Source: Chiloscyllium plagiosum
Lineage: Eukaryota
Length of the DNA: 64,000 nucleotides
Assembly (NCBI RefSeq): GCF_004010195.1
Contig: NC_057720.1
Span: 22,452,197 to 22,516,196 of the forward strand
Direction of reading: 5' to 3'
Made by a program: the position numbers and the translations under genes. This document shows, in pieces, positions 13,216 to 25,879 of the stretch (the stretch's first letter is position 1; the number at the start of each line of letters is the position of its first letter). The notes beneath the pieces are model-generated. The model saw only the letters and a list, made by a program, of their open reading frames with translations, had not been told where the DNA came from and did not search any database.

Positions 13216-13869
13216 GAGTATATGAATCCTTTCGCAAAAATAAAAGTTGGATAGTGAATAAACCTACAGTACTGGGCTTTCTGTTATATTAAACATATTT
13301 ACAATCTGACATAACGAAATGAAGTGCTGCAGATATATTTTTAATATCTTGGTGTCACAGACTTTCTTGTCAAGTGATATTTCATAATAACCCTTTTACA
13401 CTTCATTGCCACTTGCAGAAAATGTTAAATTTTGGACAATTAGAGGCAGCTGCATGCTTCAGTAGTTCTACATTTCAGCACTGTAACTCCTGTTATTAAA
13501 AAAATCATAACCACAATATTTGATGCAATACAAGTCTACTTGGATGAAATTGCCAGGGGTTAAAATCTGCACTTCAACATTTAGCTTCATAGATGGGAGA
13601 AATGTCGTGATTATTTCAAACCAAATCTGAAACTCAAATCCTGATAACTATGGAGGGGGAAACCTCAAGGCAACATCTTTGCAAGACTATTGCAGCTCTA
13701 TAGAAGTGGATGCTTATCACCATCGGCGATTAAATATAGACAGCGCTATATAGAGTGGTCTTCCAAAGCTACATGTAAGATTAGTAACATGATCCACTAT
13801 TGCACTGACAGTAATTGATCTGAACAAGCCTAAATCTGTGCTTCACACACAATGGTGTGGTTTGTTCAC

Positions 13870-14350
13870 TTCATGGATATGATTGATCAGACTTTAAAGA
13901 TGGTTGTAAATACATTGCAAATAGTTGAGAAATGGTTTACCAGACTAAGACCTGGAATCGGTCAGTTGTCTCATGAAGAAAGGCTGGATAGATTAGGTAT
14001 GTATCTGTTGGCATTCTGCAGAGTAACAAGTGAATTAATTGAAAAATATGATCCTGAGGGATGGATATGGCAAAGGTATTTCCTCTTGTGGAAGAATGTT
14101 GATTTAAAGGTTACTTTAAAAATAAGGGGTGTGCCCATTTGAAAAAAAAAGAGATAATAATAATATTTTGCTCAGAGGATCAACTCTATTCCTCAAAAGG
14201 CAGTGGAAGCAGTTTCTGACTACAATAGGGTAGAGATGGGTGGATACTTGCTAAGCAAAAGGGGTGGAAATGTGGAGTAACCAGATCAGCCAAGATCTTA
14301 CTGAATGCCGTCTCAAGTCTGAGAAGTTGAGTGGCTCCTAATTTGTAAAC
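13870..14350 (+). mobile_element. Old CR1-like LINE 3' fragment
   Basis: Peptide FTRLRPGIGQLSHEERLDRLGMYLL is homologous to the CR1 C-terminus. Confidence 0.75.
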
Positions 14351-15883
14351 TTGTTTTCCTACATGTATTTAACATGCTGTAGCTTATGTCCATTGGTAAT
14401 CAGGTGCCAGAAGATCAGATGCATAACAAAAAAGCAAGTGAAAAACTCACAATTAGAAATAATCAACACATCCTCTTTTGCAGTTCTAATGTATAATGTT
14501 TACAGTTGCAGTACGCCTTCCGCTGATCAAAATTCCAAAATGTATTTCTAGTCTGCCTCTCACAGCAACTTGGAGGTGAAGGGTGCAATGCATTGGAAGA
14601 AGGCAAGACAAGTTTAGAAAGAAAACTTCAGCAGACAGGGCTGGAAGTTCCTGCACCAGGGCTGGAGTCAAAACACAGAAAATAGCAGGAGTAGGCCAAT
14701 CAGCACTTCGAGGCTACTTCACCATTCAAAATGGCTGATCATCCAACCCAACACCCTGTGCCTGTTTTCTCCCCGTGCCCTTTGATACCTTTATATCTGG
14801 GAACTAAATCTAACTTCTTTGTGAAAACATGCAATGTTTTGACTTTCTGTAGCTGAGAATGGGAGGGGAAGGGGAATAGGGTCAGCATTTCAGAGCTATG
14901 GTAAGATGAGGTTGAGGCAATTTGAAATTGAAGACAAGAATATTGATGTGACTCAAAAGAAAATGTCGCCAGGTCAGAAAAGAATGAGGAAGCAGAAATC
15001 TGTTTGAAACACATGGAATGAAAAGAATAGAAACATATGACACCTTAATCTGTTAAGGCTCTCTCCAACATCAATATCTGAGGAAGCTTCAGATCTGGAT
15101 CCAGCATCCTATGACATTACAAAGGAAAGCTTGTGCAAAGTGTAACCCTGTGTGACAGCTATGGCACTGAAATGGCCATCATCTCAGTCTTGGGATGTTC
15201 TAAGGGAATCTTTCCAATCAACCACCTCTCACTTGCAGATCACTCAGGCAGAACATTTTTCAAAACAGGCCATCAGTAGCTACTGTAAATAGTTAATGAA
15301 CATAATCAACAACTATGGCAGTAAGGCATTCTAGTTAGGTTCTGAAATTGCTGGAAATTACTCTGGGAGAATAAATTGACCACAGAGAGTTCATAGTTCA
15401 TTTTTCTGAGTGTGTGGAACTTAGCTGCCTATTGCTAAAAAGCCTCCGAGAATAAAATACCTCTGAGAAAATTTTCAAATAACCGTGGGAGCACCAGCAC
15501 AAATATTATTTGCCAGTTCTGTTTTTCGCCATGAAAGTAATTGACAGTGTTATTGTTTTATTACTCTTCTTTCATGATCCATTTCTTTCCACTCTGTGAT
15601 ATGTGCAGTGGGGAGGGCATCTGTACAGGAGATCAGCTCCCCTCTCTGTAGTTTTAGGAAGTCATATTCTTTCCAGTATGGTGACACATCATGATTAATT
15701 ACAAAATTTCTGGTCATTCTTGCAAGACTGTTGGGAAAGGTACTACCAGATATTTCTAGATATCCTAAACAAGACTTCAGGCATGTTCTGGTTGACTTTA
15801 CCACATTTTTGGAGTCTTCATTGTGCACCTTTGACTGTGGTTGCTATTACAATAGAGTATTTTCTGGATTCATCAGACATTCT

Positions 15884-16545
15884 GATAGTGAAGAAGGCAT
15901 TTGGTATGCTTTCCTTTACTGGTCAGAGTATTGAGTACAGGAGTTGGGAGGTCATGTTGCGGCTGTACAGGACATTGGTTAAGCCACTGTTGGAATATTG
16001 CGTGCAGTTCTGGTTTCCTTCCTATCGAAAAGATGTTGTGAAACTTGAAAGGGTTCAGAAAAGATTTATGAGGATGTTGCCAGGGTTAGAGTATTTGAGC
16101 TATAGGGAGAGGCTGAACAGGCTGGGGCTGTTTTCCCTGGAGCGTCGGAAGCTGAGGGGTGACCTTATAGCGGTTCATAGAATTATGAGGGGCATGGATA
16201 GGGTAAATGGGCAAAGTCTTTTCTCTGGAGTCGGGGAGTCCAGAACTAGAGGGCATAGGTTCAGGGTGAGAGAGGAAAGATATAAAAGAGACCTACAGGG
16301 CAACTTTTTCACACAGAGGGTGGTATGCGTATGGAATGACCTGCCAGAGGAAGTGGTGGAGGCTTGTACAATTGCAACATTTAAGAGGCATTTGAATGGG
16401 TACATGAATAGGAATGGTTTGGAGGGATATGGGCCGGGTGCTGGCAGGTGGGACTAGATTGAGTTGGGATATCTGTCGGCATGGACGGGTTGGACTGGAG
16501 GGTCTGTTTCCATGCTGTAAATCTCTATGACTCTATGACTCTATA
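15884..16545 (+). mobile_element. Young 5'-truncated CR1 LINE (HER1-like)
   Basis: Uninterrupted ORF2 C-terminus (LYRTLVKPLLEYCVQFW...ERLNRLGLFSLE...FFTQRVV...GRWD*) followed by a ctctatga repeat tail. Confidence 0.95.
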
Positions 16546-16929
16546 TATTTTGGCCCAAATGTTCTGATATGCGGAATATGAAATGAAAGTGGGAAAATGT
16601 GGGGGTATTTAAGACCACACAGAAATCCTACTGCACATGTGTTGAGATTGACCAGGAATTGTAAACCTCTAAGTGGCTGATTTCCATTGATCTGAACCCT
16701 CTACGAAAGACTCCAACACGGAGCTCAGGGTGGAATCTTGTCCAGATTGGGGCTTAACTGCAAATGCACCTTGAAAATTTAATCCTGGCTCGTAGCTGAT
16801 CTAACAGAGTAATTGAGCAGCATAACTCAACTAGATTGAGCTTCCCCAGCAGGCTTGGCTGAGTCCTTTGGGTGCCTAGGAAGAAAAAGTCACAAGGATA
16901 ACATTGTATTGCCGTGATGATGGAAATAT

Positions 16930-17620
16930 AAGCAGTGTAAGCACCTACAACATGAAGTTTGTAAATATGAAAAGGCTATCAGGTAATGGTCAGGTGTGCA
17001 GAGCAGTGACAAATAGAATTTAAACTGGAAAGAATTTAAACTGGGAAAGGATAACCAAGCATGTGATTACACAATGAATGGTAGAGCCCCGGAAAGTACT
17101 AGGGGAAAGTGAGGACTGGAGATCAGAGTCGAGAGTGTGATGCTGGGCAAGCACAATAGGTCAGGCAGAATCTGAGGAGTAGCAGAATCAACACTTCGGG
17201 CTCAAGCCCTTCATCAGGAATCAATGAAGGGCTTATGCCCGAAACATCGATTCTCCTACTCCTCAGATTTTGCCTGACCTGCTGTGCTTTTCCAGCACTA
17301 CACTCTCAGCTCCGGAAAGTACTGAAGATCAGAGGGACCTTGGTATACTCATCCACAGATCCTTGCAGATAGTGGGGCAGGTAGATAAGGTGGTTAAGAA
17401 AGCATATGGGATGTTTGCCTGTATGATCCGAGGCTTGGAGCAAAGAGGTTGTGCTGGTACAAAATGCTCATTAAGCTACAACTGGAAGCAGTTTTCGTCA
17501 CCACCTTAAAGGAAGGATGTGTTCGTTCTAGAGGGGGTGCAAGGATATTCACCAGGAAACTGCCTGTGCTGGAGGGTCTGAGCCATGAGATAAGATTGGA
17601 TCAGATTTCCTTGCAGCAGC
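16930..17620 (+). mobile_element. Old CR1 fragment interrupted by a Penelope-like insert
   Basis: EDQRDLGILIHRSLQIVGQVDKVVKKAYGM is a CR1 RT motif. Confidence 0.75.
17101..17307. mobile_element. Penelope-like terminal-repeat insert, inverted dimer with hammerhead-like cores
   Basis: TSD agc(c/t)ccggaaagtact (17085-17100, 17308-17323). The two arms are inverted. Minus strand reads CTGATGA-AGGGC-TTGA-GCCC-GAA. Confidence 0.8.
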
Positions 17621-17902
17621 AATACTAATGTGGAGCTTTCAACCAGGTTTGGGACTCAGAATACTATGAATCAACTTCCTGCAGTTCCCAATTCCAAATG
17701 AACTATCCAAGAGAAACTAATTTCCTCAAATCTTCAGGTTTCCTGTTGATATTTAGTGAAATCCAAATTTTTCTGTTGCAATTCCCAAGATGTCCTTGTC
17801 TGCACAGGAGCAACTTCTCATGGATGTGACTAAGCATAAGATCATGCTGTACAGCAAGAGAAACTTTTCCCTTAGGAGTAGTAGAGAGTAAAAGAAACTG
17901 AA

Positions 17903-18028
17903 AGAACTGCACATGCTGGGAATCAGAAACAGAAACAGATATTGCTGGATAAACTTAGCAGGTCTGGCAGCATCTGTAGAGAGAAAGCAAAGTTAATATT
18001 TTGGGTCCAGTGACCTTTCTTCAGAACT
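17903..18028 (-). mobile_element. Penelope-like terminal-repeat remnant
   Basis: gctggataaacttagcaggtctggcagcatctg; minus strand has CTGAAGA-AAGGTC-ACTG-GACC. Confidence 0.6.
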
Positions 18029-21000
18029 GTAGTAGTAGAGACAACATCATTTCTGCATTTTTATAATCCTGTTTGAAAATCCTGTTTTCCTTTTTCATCC
18101 ATACAACCTATTCCCAGATGAGGTGCTGAAGAGTTTGTTTGATGTCACACTGGCAATGAATGATAGCACTGTGAAGTTCTTCATGGTAGTAGAAAGGGCT
18201 TCACTTTTTTCAAGTCTGTGCTTCAACCATTCCCCTGTGTCCAAAGGGTAGGAAAGGAAAGTAGAAAAAGAGAATGAGAATTTCAGTTCATCTGTCTTCC
18301 TCCCAGTGTTTTTGATGCTTCAGTTTCTGAAGATTTCTCTTCTCAATCACTCCTTTTTGGTTAGTCTTCACTGCTTTTGCCTTCATGTCTTCTGTCTGAT
18401 AACTAGGTACTAGCGATTTTCATAGTTTGTGGATGTTTGTCTTCTAAGGAAAGATGGTGGAGTGCACATACCCCCTACTTCCTCAAAATGTGCACAGAAT
18501 GGTGTTGGTGTTTGATACCTTTGGTGAAAGAGTCACGGGTTGGAGAAGTGGTTTGAATTATTAATGGGTAGAATGAACGGCTTTGGGGGAGGTATAGTAC
18601 ACAGGGTTAATGGTTTTTACGCTTGTGCCCTTCATCACTGGTGTCAGATGATGCTACTTCACTTAAAACTGGGACCTGAGGGAAGAAAGTTCCAATGCAG
18701 TCCTATTGACTGTGTTTGTGGAAATAGTTCTTGTCAAAAGCATCCAAAATCACACTGTGGTATTAATACAGCCACAGCATCAGCAATAATCATTCCAATG
18801 ATGACCAGTATCATCTTCTTATTGGGTTAGGACGTGTCCCTTTCTGGTTAGCTCTTTCGACCTATGTTATCTATTTAGGTGAATTGACTGTCAAAATTGA
18901 CCAGCTGATAGCGTGAAAGCAGTGAGGTAAGAGTGTGAGGCTTGTGGCAATGCAAGGGTTGTGGTGAAGTGTATGAATGTCAGCTAGGAGTCCTGATTGA
19001 TAGAGAGTATTAGTGAAAGGGTGTGGTGTTTTCAGAAGCAGCTGAGGCTACTCTTACAGTAGATTGGATATAACATTTAACAGTGCACTCACTGATCTTT
19101 CCATATAAGAGATCATTCACTTCATTTGGCACTGGATTCATGTGCTTCAAGATTGACAGTTAGTATTGATCTCCATGGTTATCTCTTCCCACAGCATTCT
19201 GACCATGACTCTGGAGGGCTTCCTTTCCCTCATCTCCTGTACTAACCTTCAGCAAAGCATCTAAAATGCTTGGTGACCACTCTCTCCCTTTGTTGTGCAA
19301 TTCCTTACTTTTGCACAGGTCAGATTTTCTTCAAAGATAACTTTCAGCAGTTTCTCCAGCCATAATGCCTGTTCCCTTTAAGTGGTGTAGGATCGCTTTA
19401 AGTGGTACCAGACAATCAACAGCGTTGTTGGCACTGTCTGGATGCAGAGTTCATTCATGTGAAAAGATAGCATGAGGTTAACATGCTGCTCGCTTTACTA
19501 TTATCAGCACTGATTAATCAGTTAAGGCAATCCTTGTACCTGTTTACAGGGGCATTCCAATGTTGCCCCTCATCTCTCCAGCTCTTTCAAGTGAAGAGTA
19601 GACATCTAAATATGAACATATAATTTAGGAGCAGAAGTAAGTGTATTTTGCTAGTCAACAAGATCATATCTGGTCTATTTCTGTATCTCCAAATTTGATT
19701 ATAAAAATCACTATTTTTCAAGGGAAAACTACTTACATTATTACTGGAACAATCCTAAAATGCAGAGCAGCTTAGAAAATGCTTGTACTAAATACAACCC
19801 ATCCTGCTTTGAAAACACATTGGTACTAAATCGGCCATACAATTTTATTGTGTCACTACACTGAAAATCTACATTAAATAGTATGAAATCAAATTGTTGA
19901 AGAGTTTGGACATTAGCTTGTAATGTATACCTTGGTCTAAAACCTATTCATGTATTTTATTTTCAATAGTTCTTTTAGCAAGAGTGGTAATTATAAGTCT
20001 TTTTTCTGCAGCAGTTTTTTGACCCATGATAAAACAACCTATCACAACTTTAGTCGCTATTTCTATGTGATGGGGTTGCCCTACCTGCTCCATCTGGCTT
20101 ATAGTCAACTAGCCAGCTACAAACTATACCCCTCTAAAATCATGCAACACTGAGTTCATGACACCACCTCCCGGAAAACTCTAACCTTCACAATCAATAA
20201 TATTTGTAACTTGTAAGTGCACAGTTGAGTGGAACACAAGCCATGCCCTATCCTCGTTAACCAGATTGAGCTCTAATACTACAACGTACTCCCCTGTGTC
20301 TGGTATGATCAATTTTAATTTCCTGACCAGGAATGAAACAACACAGGCCGTCAGACCTGCACTCACTTCTAAAGGGCGTTATAGATTTCTATGTCTGCAA
20401 AGGCAGAGATTAATTCATTCAGTAGTTCAAGGAAAGGATATATTTAAACTATCATTTTTGTCCTTTTCCTTAATATATTTCTGACCATTTTTATTGATAG
20501 TCCAGGTTATAAAATTAAACTTTATTTGGCAACTCACAATTTTTTTGTTAAAGTATCTGTGTATGATTGAAACCAAAGATGAAATTTGGTGTTCCTTAAT
20601 CAATTTCACTTTCCAGGATAATCAATTCAAATAGCTTCTGTCCAAGTTTAAAAAAAACTAAAAAGGAGACTAGCTATTTGGCTGATTGTGAAGCACCTCC
20701 ATTATATGTAGGTTTTAATTAAGCTACTCTCTTTCGTTTCAATTTGCCTACTGCTCATTTTGTGGAAAAAATACATTTCTGTTTTCCAAAGACGTCCATA
20801 AATTCTACACGTGAAATAAACATTTTTCCTTTAATAGCTTCCTGGAATAAACTGAAAATTTCTAACATGCATATATTTATAAATTATAGTTATGTCTGGA
20901 AACAGAAATAAAGAGAGCCTGTATAAAACTAATCAGATTCCAGGATACAATTTGATAAAACTTAGCAGAACAGCTGGCAATGCATTTCCCTCTACATCAA

Positions 21001-22019
21001 GATAGATTTTATACCAAAACAGCAGTCATCAATCATTACCTCATTACTGGAGTGTCATTTGGACTTAGTCTAAATATATTTTGGCTTATTGCCATTCTAA
21101 AATGCTCAATGAAACATCCTTAAGGCTCTCTATGAGATCAGCTAATGTTACACACATACAATGCATCATTAAAAGAGCTTTAATGGTGCCATAGCATAAT
21201 AAATAGTGCTGCTTAAGCAAGGTTAACATTGTTCCAGTTGTGTAGCATTTCTCATGTGGTATGATGATGTGGTATTTTCAGTTTATACTGATAAAAAAAG
21301 ATAAATAGCTGTGAGAGGGAAAGCTATTTTATAAGCAAGATAAATAGCGATTTTACTCATTTTGAAAAAAAGATTTAAAGCTTGAATTGCTATCCCTTCA
21401 AATGGTACCATATAATTCAGTCAGTTAAAGCTCAAAAGATCCCTCCAAAAATAGGTGCCAAATTGCATGCTAAGTATAACAATGAATCACTCACGTGTGT
21501 GTAGATGGTCACCATATCATGGACATCCAATGCAAACTATAATAATTTCATAAACGTACACAATTTTGCAACACTAACCCTAACAGTTGCTTGATTTCTT
21601 GCACTAAGTGATAAGGTAAGTAAAACATGCACTTCTAGGGCAAAATACTGAGGCTGACTACTGAGATGTGCATAGCATGGCATGGCTGAGAATATACAGA
21701 ATGTATAAGCATGATTTTTGGTGTGGAAAAATGGGGGCATGTTATAAACTGAGTTGATTTATGTGGTGATCTACTTTGGAATCTGTGGAAACCGGGAGAA
21801 CATGCACCCACCTCTTGATTAAACCAAACAAAACTTTGCATGTAACCATTCATTAAAATGATGTCTGAAAAAAAGTCATAATAGATAAAAGAAATGCTTT
21901 TCAGAGAAGCAGACACTGGGGTCAGATTTTGCATTATGAATAACTGTGACACTTATGGCATTCACCATTTATTATAAGCCCCCCACCCCTCCCCCATTTA
22001 TTCACCAGAAATATGGACA

Positions 22020-22480
22020 ATGTACAGCAGGTATCTCAAATCCCTTATGAAACTGACTCTGCAAAAGCCTGCAAGCCCACTGGCAGATCAGATACTCCAA
22101 TATCAGTGTCCACTTTCAGCCCAATATACCCAGTATTGACGCAGTCATTTTCAGCTGCGTTGGGCAGGCAACGAGACTTCCAAAGCAAGCTGTCTACTCT
22201 GAGCTTAGACATAGCAAGTGGTTTCCAGGAGGGAAGAATAAACACTTCCTGGGCATCAACAAAGCCTCTCTGAAAAATTGCAATATCTCCACCAACTTGT
22301 GAAAAGTGTAGTCCAAGGCCCAATTTGAAAATGGAGCACGATGAAGGAGCCAACCATTTCCAGTAGGGTCCAACAAGGCCAGGTGGAGGTGAAGTGCAAA
22401 CAGCAGAATGAGCAGGTGAAAATCCGAACCTCCCTCTGACCCATCACATCACCTGTAGCGTGGTTATGGCTCAAGCATTG
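22020..22480 (+). mobile_element. RTE-clade LINE 3' remnant
   Basis: Plus-strand peptide RLPKQAVYSELRHSKWFPGGKNKHF resembles the RTE C-terminal RLPKxxLYGELxxGKRxxGG motif. Confidence 0.7.
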
Positions 22481-22780
22481 AGCTATTTAGTCATCTTATG
22501 AACATAGCTTCAAAGTGAAGAAAGTCATGCTTGATCCGATGAGACTCCCCAAGAAGAAGATGATGGCATTGAAGTAGCAACATGGAGGTTTTGAATCCAA
22601 ATTCAATGTAGAATGTTATGGAATTGAATTGAATAAGTCAAGTGATTTGTAAACTGATCTCAGAAAATAACCGTGGGCTATTCTATAATACTGCAAAGGT
22701 TCAATTGTCACATGCATACCTCGCCATGGTAATTAAAAATAGAATATATTGTTCTTCACTTACTAAATTCAAATAAAACA

Positions 22781-23453
22781 GGTTCATAGCTCCTTGAAAG
22801 TGGAGTCACAGGTGGATAGGATAGTGAAGAAGGCATTTGGTATGCTTTCCTATATTGGTCAGAGTATTGAATACAGGATTTGGGAGGTCATGTTGCGGCT
22901 GTACAGGACAATTGGTTAGGCCACTGTTGGAGTATTGCATGCAATTCTGGTCTCCTTCCTATCGGAAAGATGTTGTGAAACTTGAAAGGGTTCAGAAAAG
23001 ATTTACAAGGATGTTGCCAGGATTGGAGGATTTGAGCTATAAGGAGAGGCCGAATAGGCTGGGGCTGTTTCTCCTGGAGCGTCGGAGGCTAAGGGGTGAC
23101 CTTAAAGAGGGATAGGGTAAATAGGCAAAGTCTTTTCCCTGGGGTTGGGGAGTCCAGAACGAGAGGGCATAGGTTTAGGGTGAGAGGGGAAAGATATAAA
23201 AGAGACCTACAGGGCAACATTTTCACACAGAGAGTGGTACATGTATGGAATGAGCTGTCAGAGGAAGTGGTGGAGGCTGGTACAATTGCAACATTTAAGA
23301 GGCATTTGGATGGGTATATGAATAGGAAGGGTTTGGAGGGATATGGGCCGGGTGTTGGCAGGTGGGACTAGATTGGATTGGGATATCTGGTTGGCATGGA
23401 TGGATTGGATCAAAGGGTCTGTTTCCATGCTGTACATCTCTATGACTCTATGA
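22781..23453 (+). mobile_element. 5'-truncated CR1 LINE (HER1-like)
   Basis: ORFs 22837 and 23096 are close to the 15884 copy, with a frameshift and a small deletion. ctctatga tail. Confidence 0.95.
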
Positions 23454-24302
23454 CAAGGGAAAAAGCATAGTTGACTGTTGTCCATGTTTGTTAATCATAG
23501 TCATCAGCCAGAAACATTAACTCTATCTCTCTCCCATGTGGCTATCTGAGCTGCTGAGTGTTTCCAGCTTCTTCTGTTTCTATTTCAAATTTCCAACCTT
23601 GGCAGTATTTTGCTTCTCTCGAAGACCACTTCAAACTGATATCTGCTAACTTGTTATGGTTATGACATGCAATCCAATGACCTCAGAAATCAGGTTGTAC
23701 AAACTCATAGCAACAATGTTCTAGCAGGAGATTCAAGTATTTAGTTCAGAAGAGATCAGCCAATCCTCGCTGAAAGGTCGTAGTTTATGAAGACTCCAAG
23801 TTGTGAGGGTTTGTATGGGAGTTCTCACATTCTCAGAACCAAAGAAAAGTTTAAACTAGCAGTCGAACCAGGACAACTGAAAAGAGGGTGCAAAACTGTC
23901 TCTATAGTGCTATAAGTGATGCTGTACAGAATCTGTTCAGTGTAGTATTACAGAGTTGAGATAAGAATGATGTTTCTCTTGGATTTGAGTGTCTGTAACA
24001 GATATTGTTGAGAAACAGATTGAAACTTTGCCTTGCTGTTATTTCAAGATTTTTCTGAACAGTCATATGCATACATATACCTGTGCTTTTATTGAATGCA
24101 ATGCCTTATGTTCCTGCATTAAAGAACATGTGCAACCTTATGGAACTATGCTTAAGTAACTAACCACCTCAGTAACTCTACAAAAAATAAACTTCTGATA
24201 TTCCAAGCAAGGGCTAATTCAGGAAGGTGACTTGTTCTATTTAAAATATTTAAGAGAGGGCACTCCAAAATTGGAGCTCTCTCTGTCTCGAACCTGACCT
24301 GC

Positions 24303-25438
24303 AGTCTACTGTTTATTTATTTTTTTTATTTTTTTCTTTTCTATTAACCCCCACACTACCACCTAAGTGCGGTAGTGCTTATTTTATCCCCAGCACCCAT
24401 GGTGTATGTGTGTGCAGGTGTGAGACACAGTGAAAGACACAAAGTGCACGAATCTTTATTCAATTTCCACCACCAGGAAGATAGGAAAACACCCGGGTGG
24501 CCAGTGACAAACACTGCCCTTCACAGCAAGGGTCAGTGCTGTGTGATCAAAACAGTGAAGGGGAGGGTAGGGACTAAATCAAAATAGAGTTGGAGGGAGA
24601 AATGATGCACTCCACTCCCTGCGGTGCCCACCTCTCCCTGAACAACTCCAGGGTGTTGGTCGACACCGCGTGCTCCTTCTCCAAGGACACCCGGGCTCTT
24701 AATCTACTCTTTATTCTTTTTTTTTTCTTTTTTTTCCCCTTTTTTTCCCACACTACCACCTAAGTGCGGTAGTGCTTATTTTATCCCCAGAATTCCCCTT
24801 TCTCTCTTTTTTTCTTTTTTTAACCCCCACACCAGTTGGAACACTCTGGTTCCTTTTTTTAGGGACTAGATCAAAATAGAGTTGGAGGGAGAAATGATGC
24901 ACTCCACTCCCTGCGGCGCCCACCTCTCCCTGAACAACTCCAGGGTGTTGGTGGACACCACGTGCTCCTTCTCCAAGGACACCCGGGCTCTTAGTCTACT
25001 GTTTATTTTTTTTTTCTTTGTGGACACTCCCATTCATTTTTTTTTTTTTTAATTTATTTTTTTTCCCTTTAACCCCCACACTACCACCTAAGTGCGGTAG
25101 TGCTTATTTTATCCCCAGCACCCATAGTGTGTGTGTGCAGGTGTGAGACACAGTGGAAGACACAAAGTGCACCAATCTTTATTCAAATTCCACCACCAGG
25201 AAGATAGGAAAACACCCGGGTGGCCAGTGACAAACACTGCCCTTCACAGCAAGGGACAGTGCTGTGTGATCAAAACAGTGAAGGGGAGGGTAGGGACTAA
25301 ATCAAAATAGAGTTGGAGGGAGAAATGATGCACTCCACTCCCTGCGGCGCCCACCTCTCCCTGAACAACTCCAGGGTGTTGGTCGACACCGCGTGCTCCT
25401 TCTCCAAGGACACCCGGGCTCTTAGTCTACTGTTTATT
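24303..25438 (-). mobile_element. Cluster 1: stacked 5'-truncated Tx1-like non-LTR 3' ends
   Basis: Three units end with ORF2 C-terminus RARVSLEKEHAVSTNTLELFRERWAPQGVECIISPSNSILI*, a 3' UTR (internally deleted in unit 2) and poly(A). They are separated by four copies of the site agtctactgtttatt (24303, 24701 variant, 24993, 25424). Confidence 0.85.
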
Positions 25439-25879
25439 CAGTGCTGGGGGTTGGGGCCTAAAAGAAGCCACCCAACAAGCTTAATTAGATCACAAGGCTG
25501 CCCCTCCATCACTATTAGACAATTCAGGAAAACAAAATCACTTCCACATGACTGTTTCATAGAGAATGCACAGCTGGAACCCCCACTTGAAGCTGATAAG
25601 ACCAAAGGTCTATAAGAAACGGGAAGAGAAGTAGCTGTTCGGCTCCTGGAGCCAATGTCTGGGTCCTAACAGAAAGGTGCGAAACTGTGCCCTAAAAATC
25701 CTGAGTACGTTTCAAGTTACACCCTGCTACCTCAGAGATGGGCTAGCCAGTAAATGAATCAGGAATGGTGAAATAACTCTGCAGTATCCCATCACCAAGT
25801 CACCCTTTACTTACATGGAGAGAGTCTTCGACACTGATCCAGTTCCCTCAGAGCCAGCTCTCAGAGTAAACAGGATGTT

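Noticed and set aside
15720..16457. 245-aa ORF as a host gene
   Set aside because: It is a CR1 ORF2 C-terminus with chance in-frame read-in from flanking DNA.
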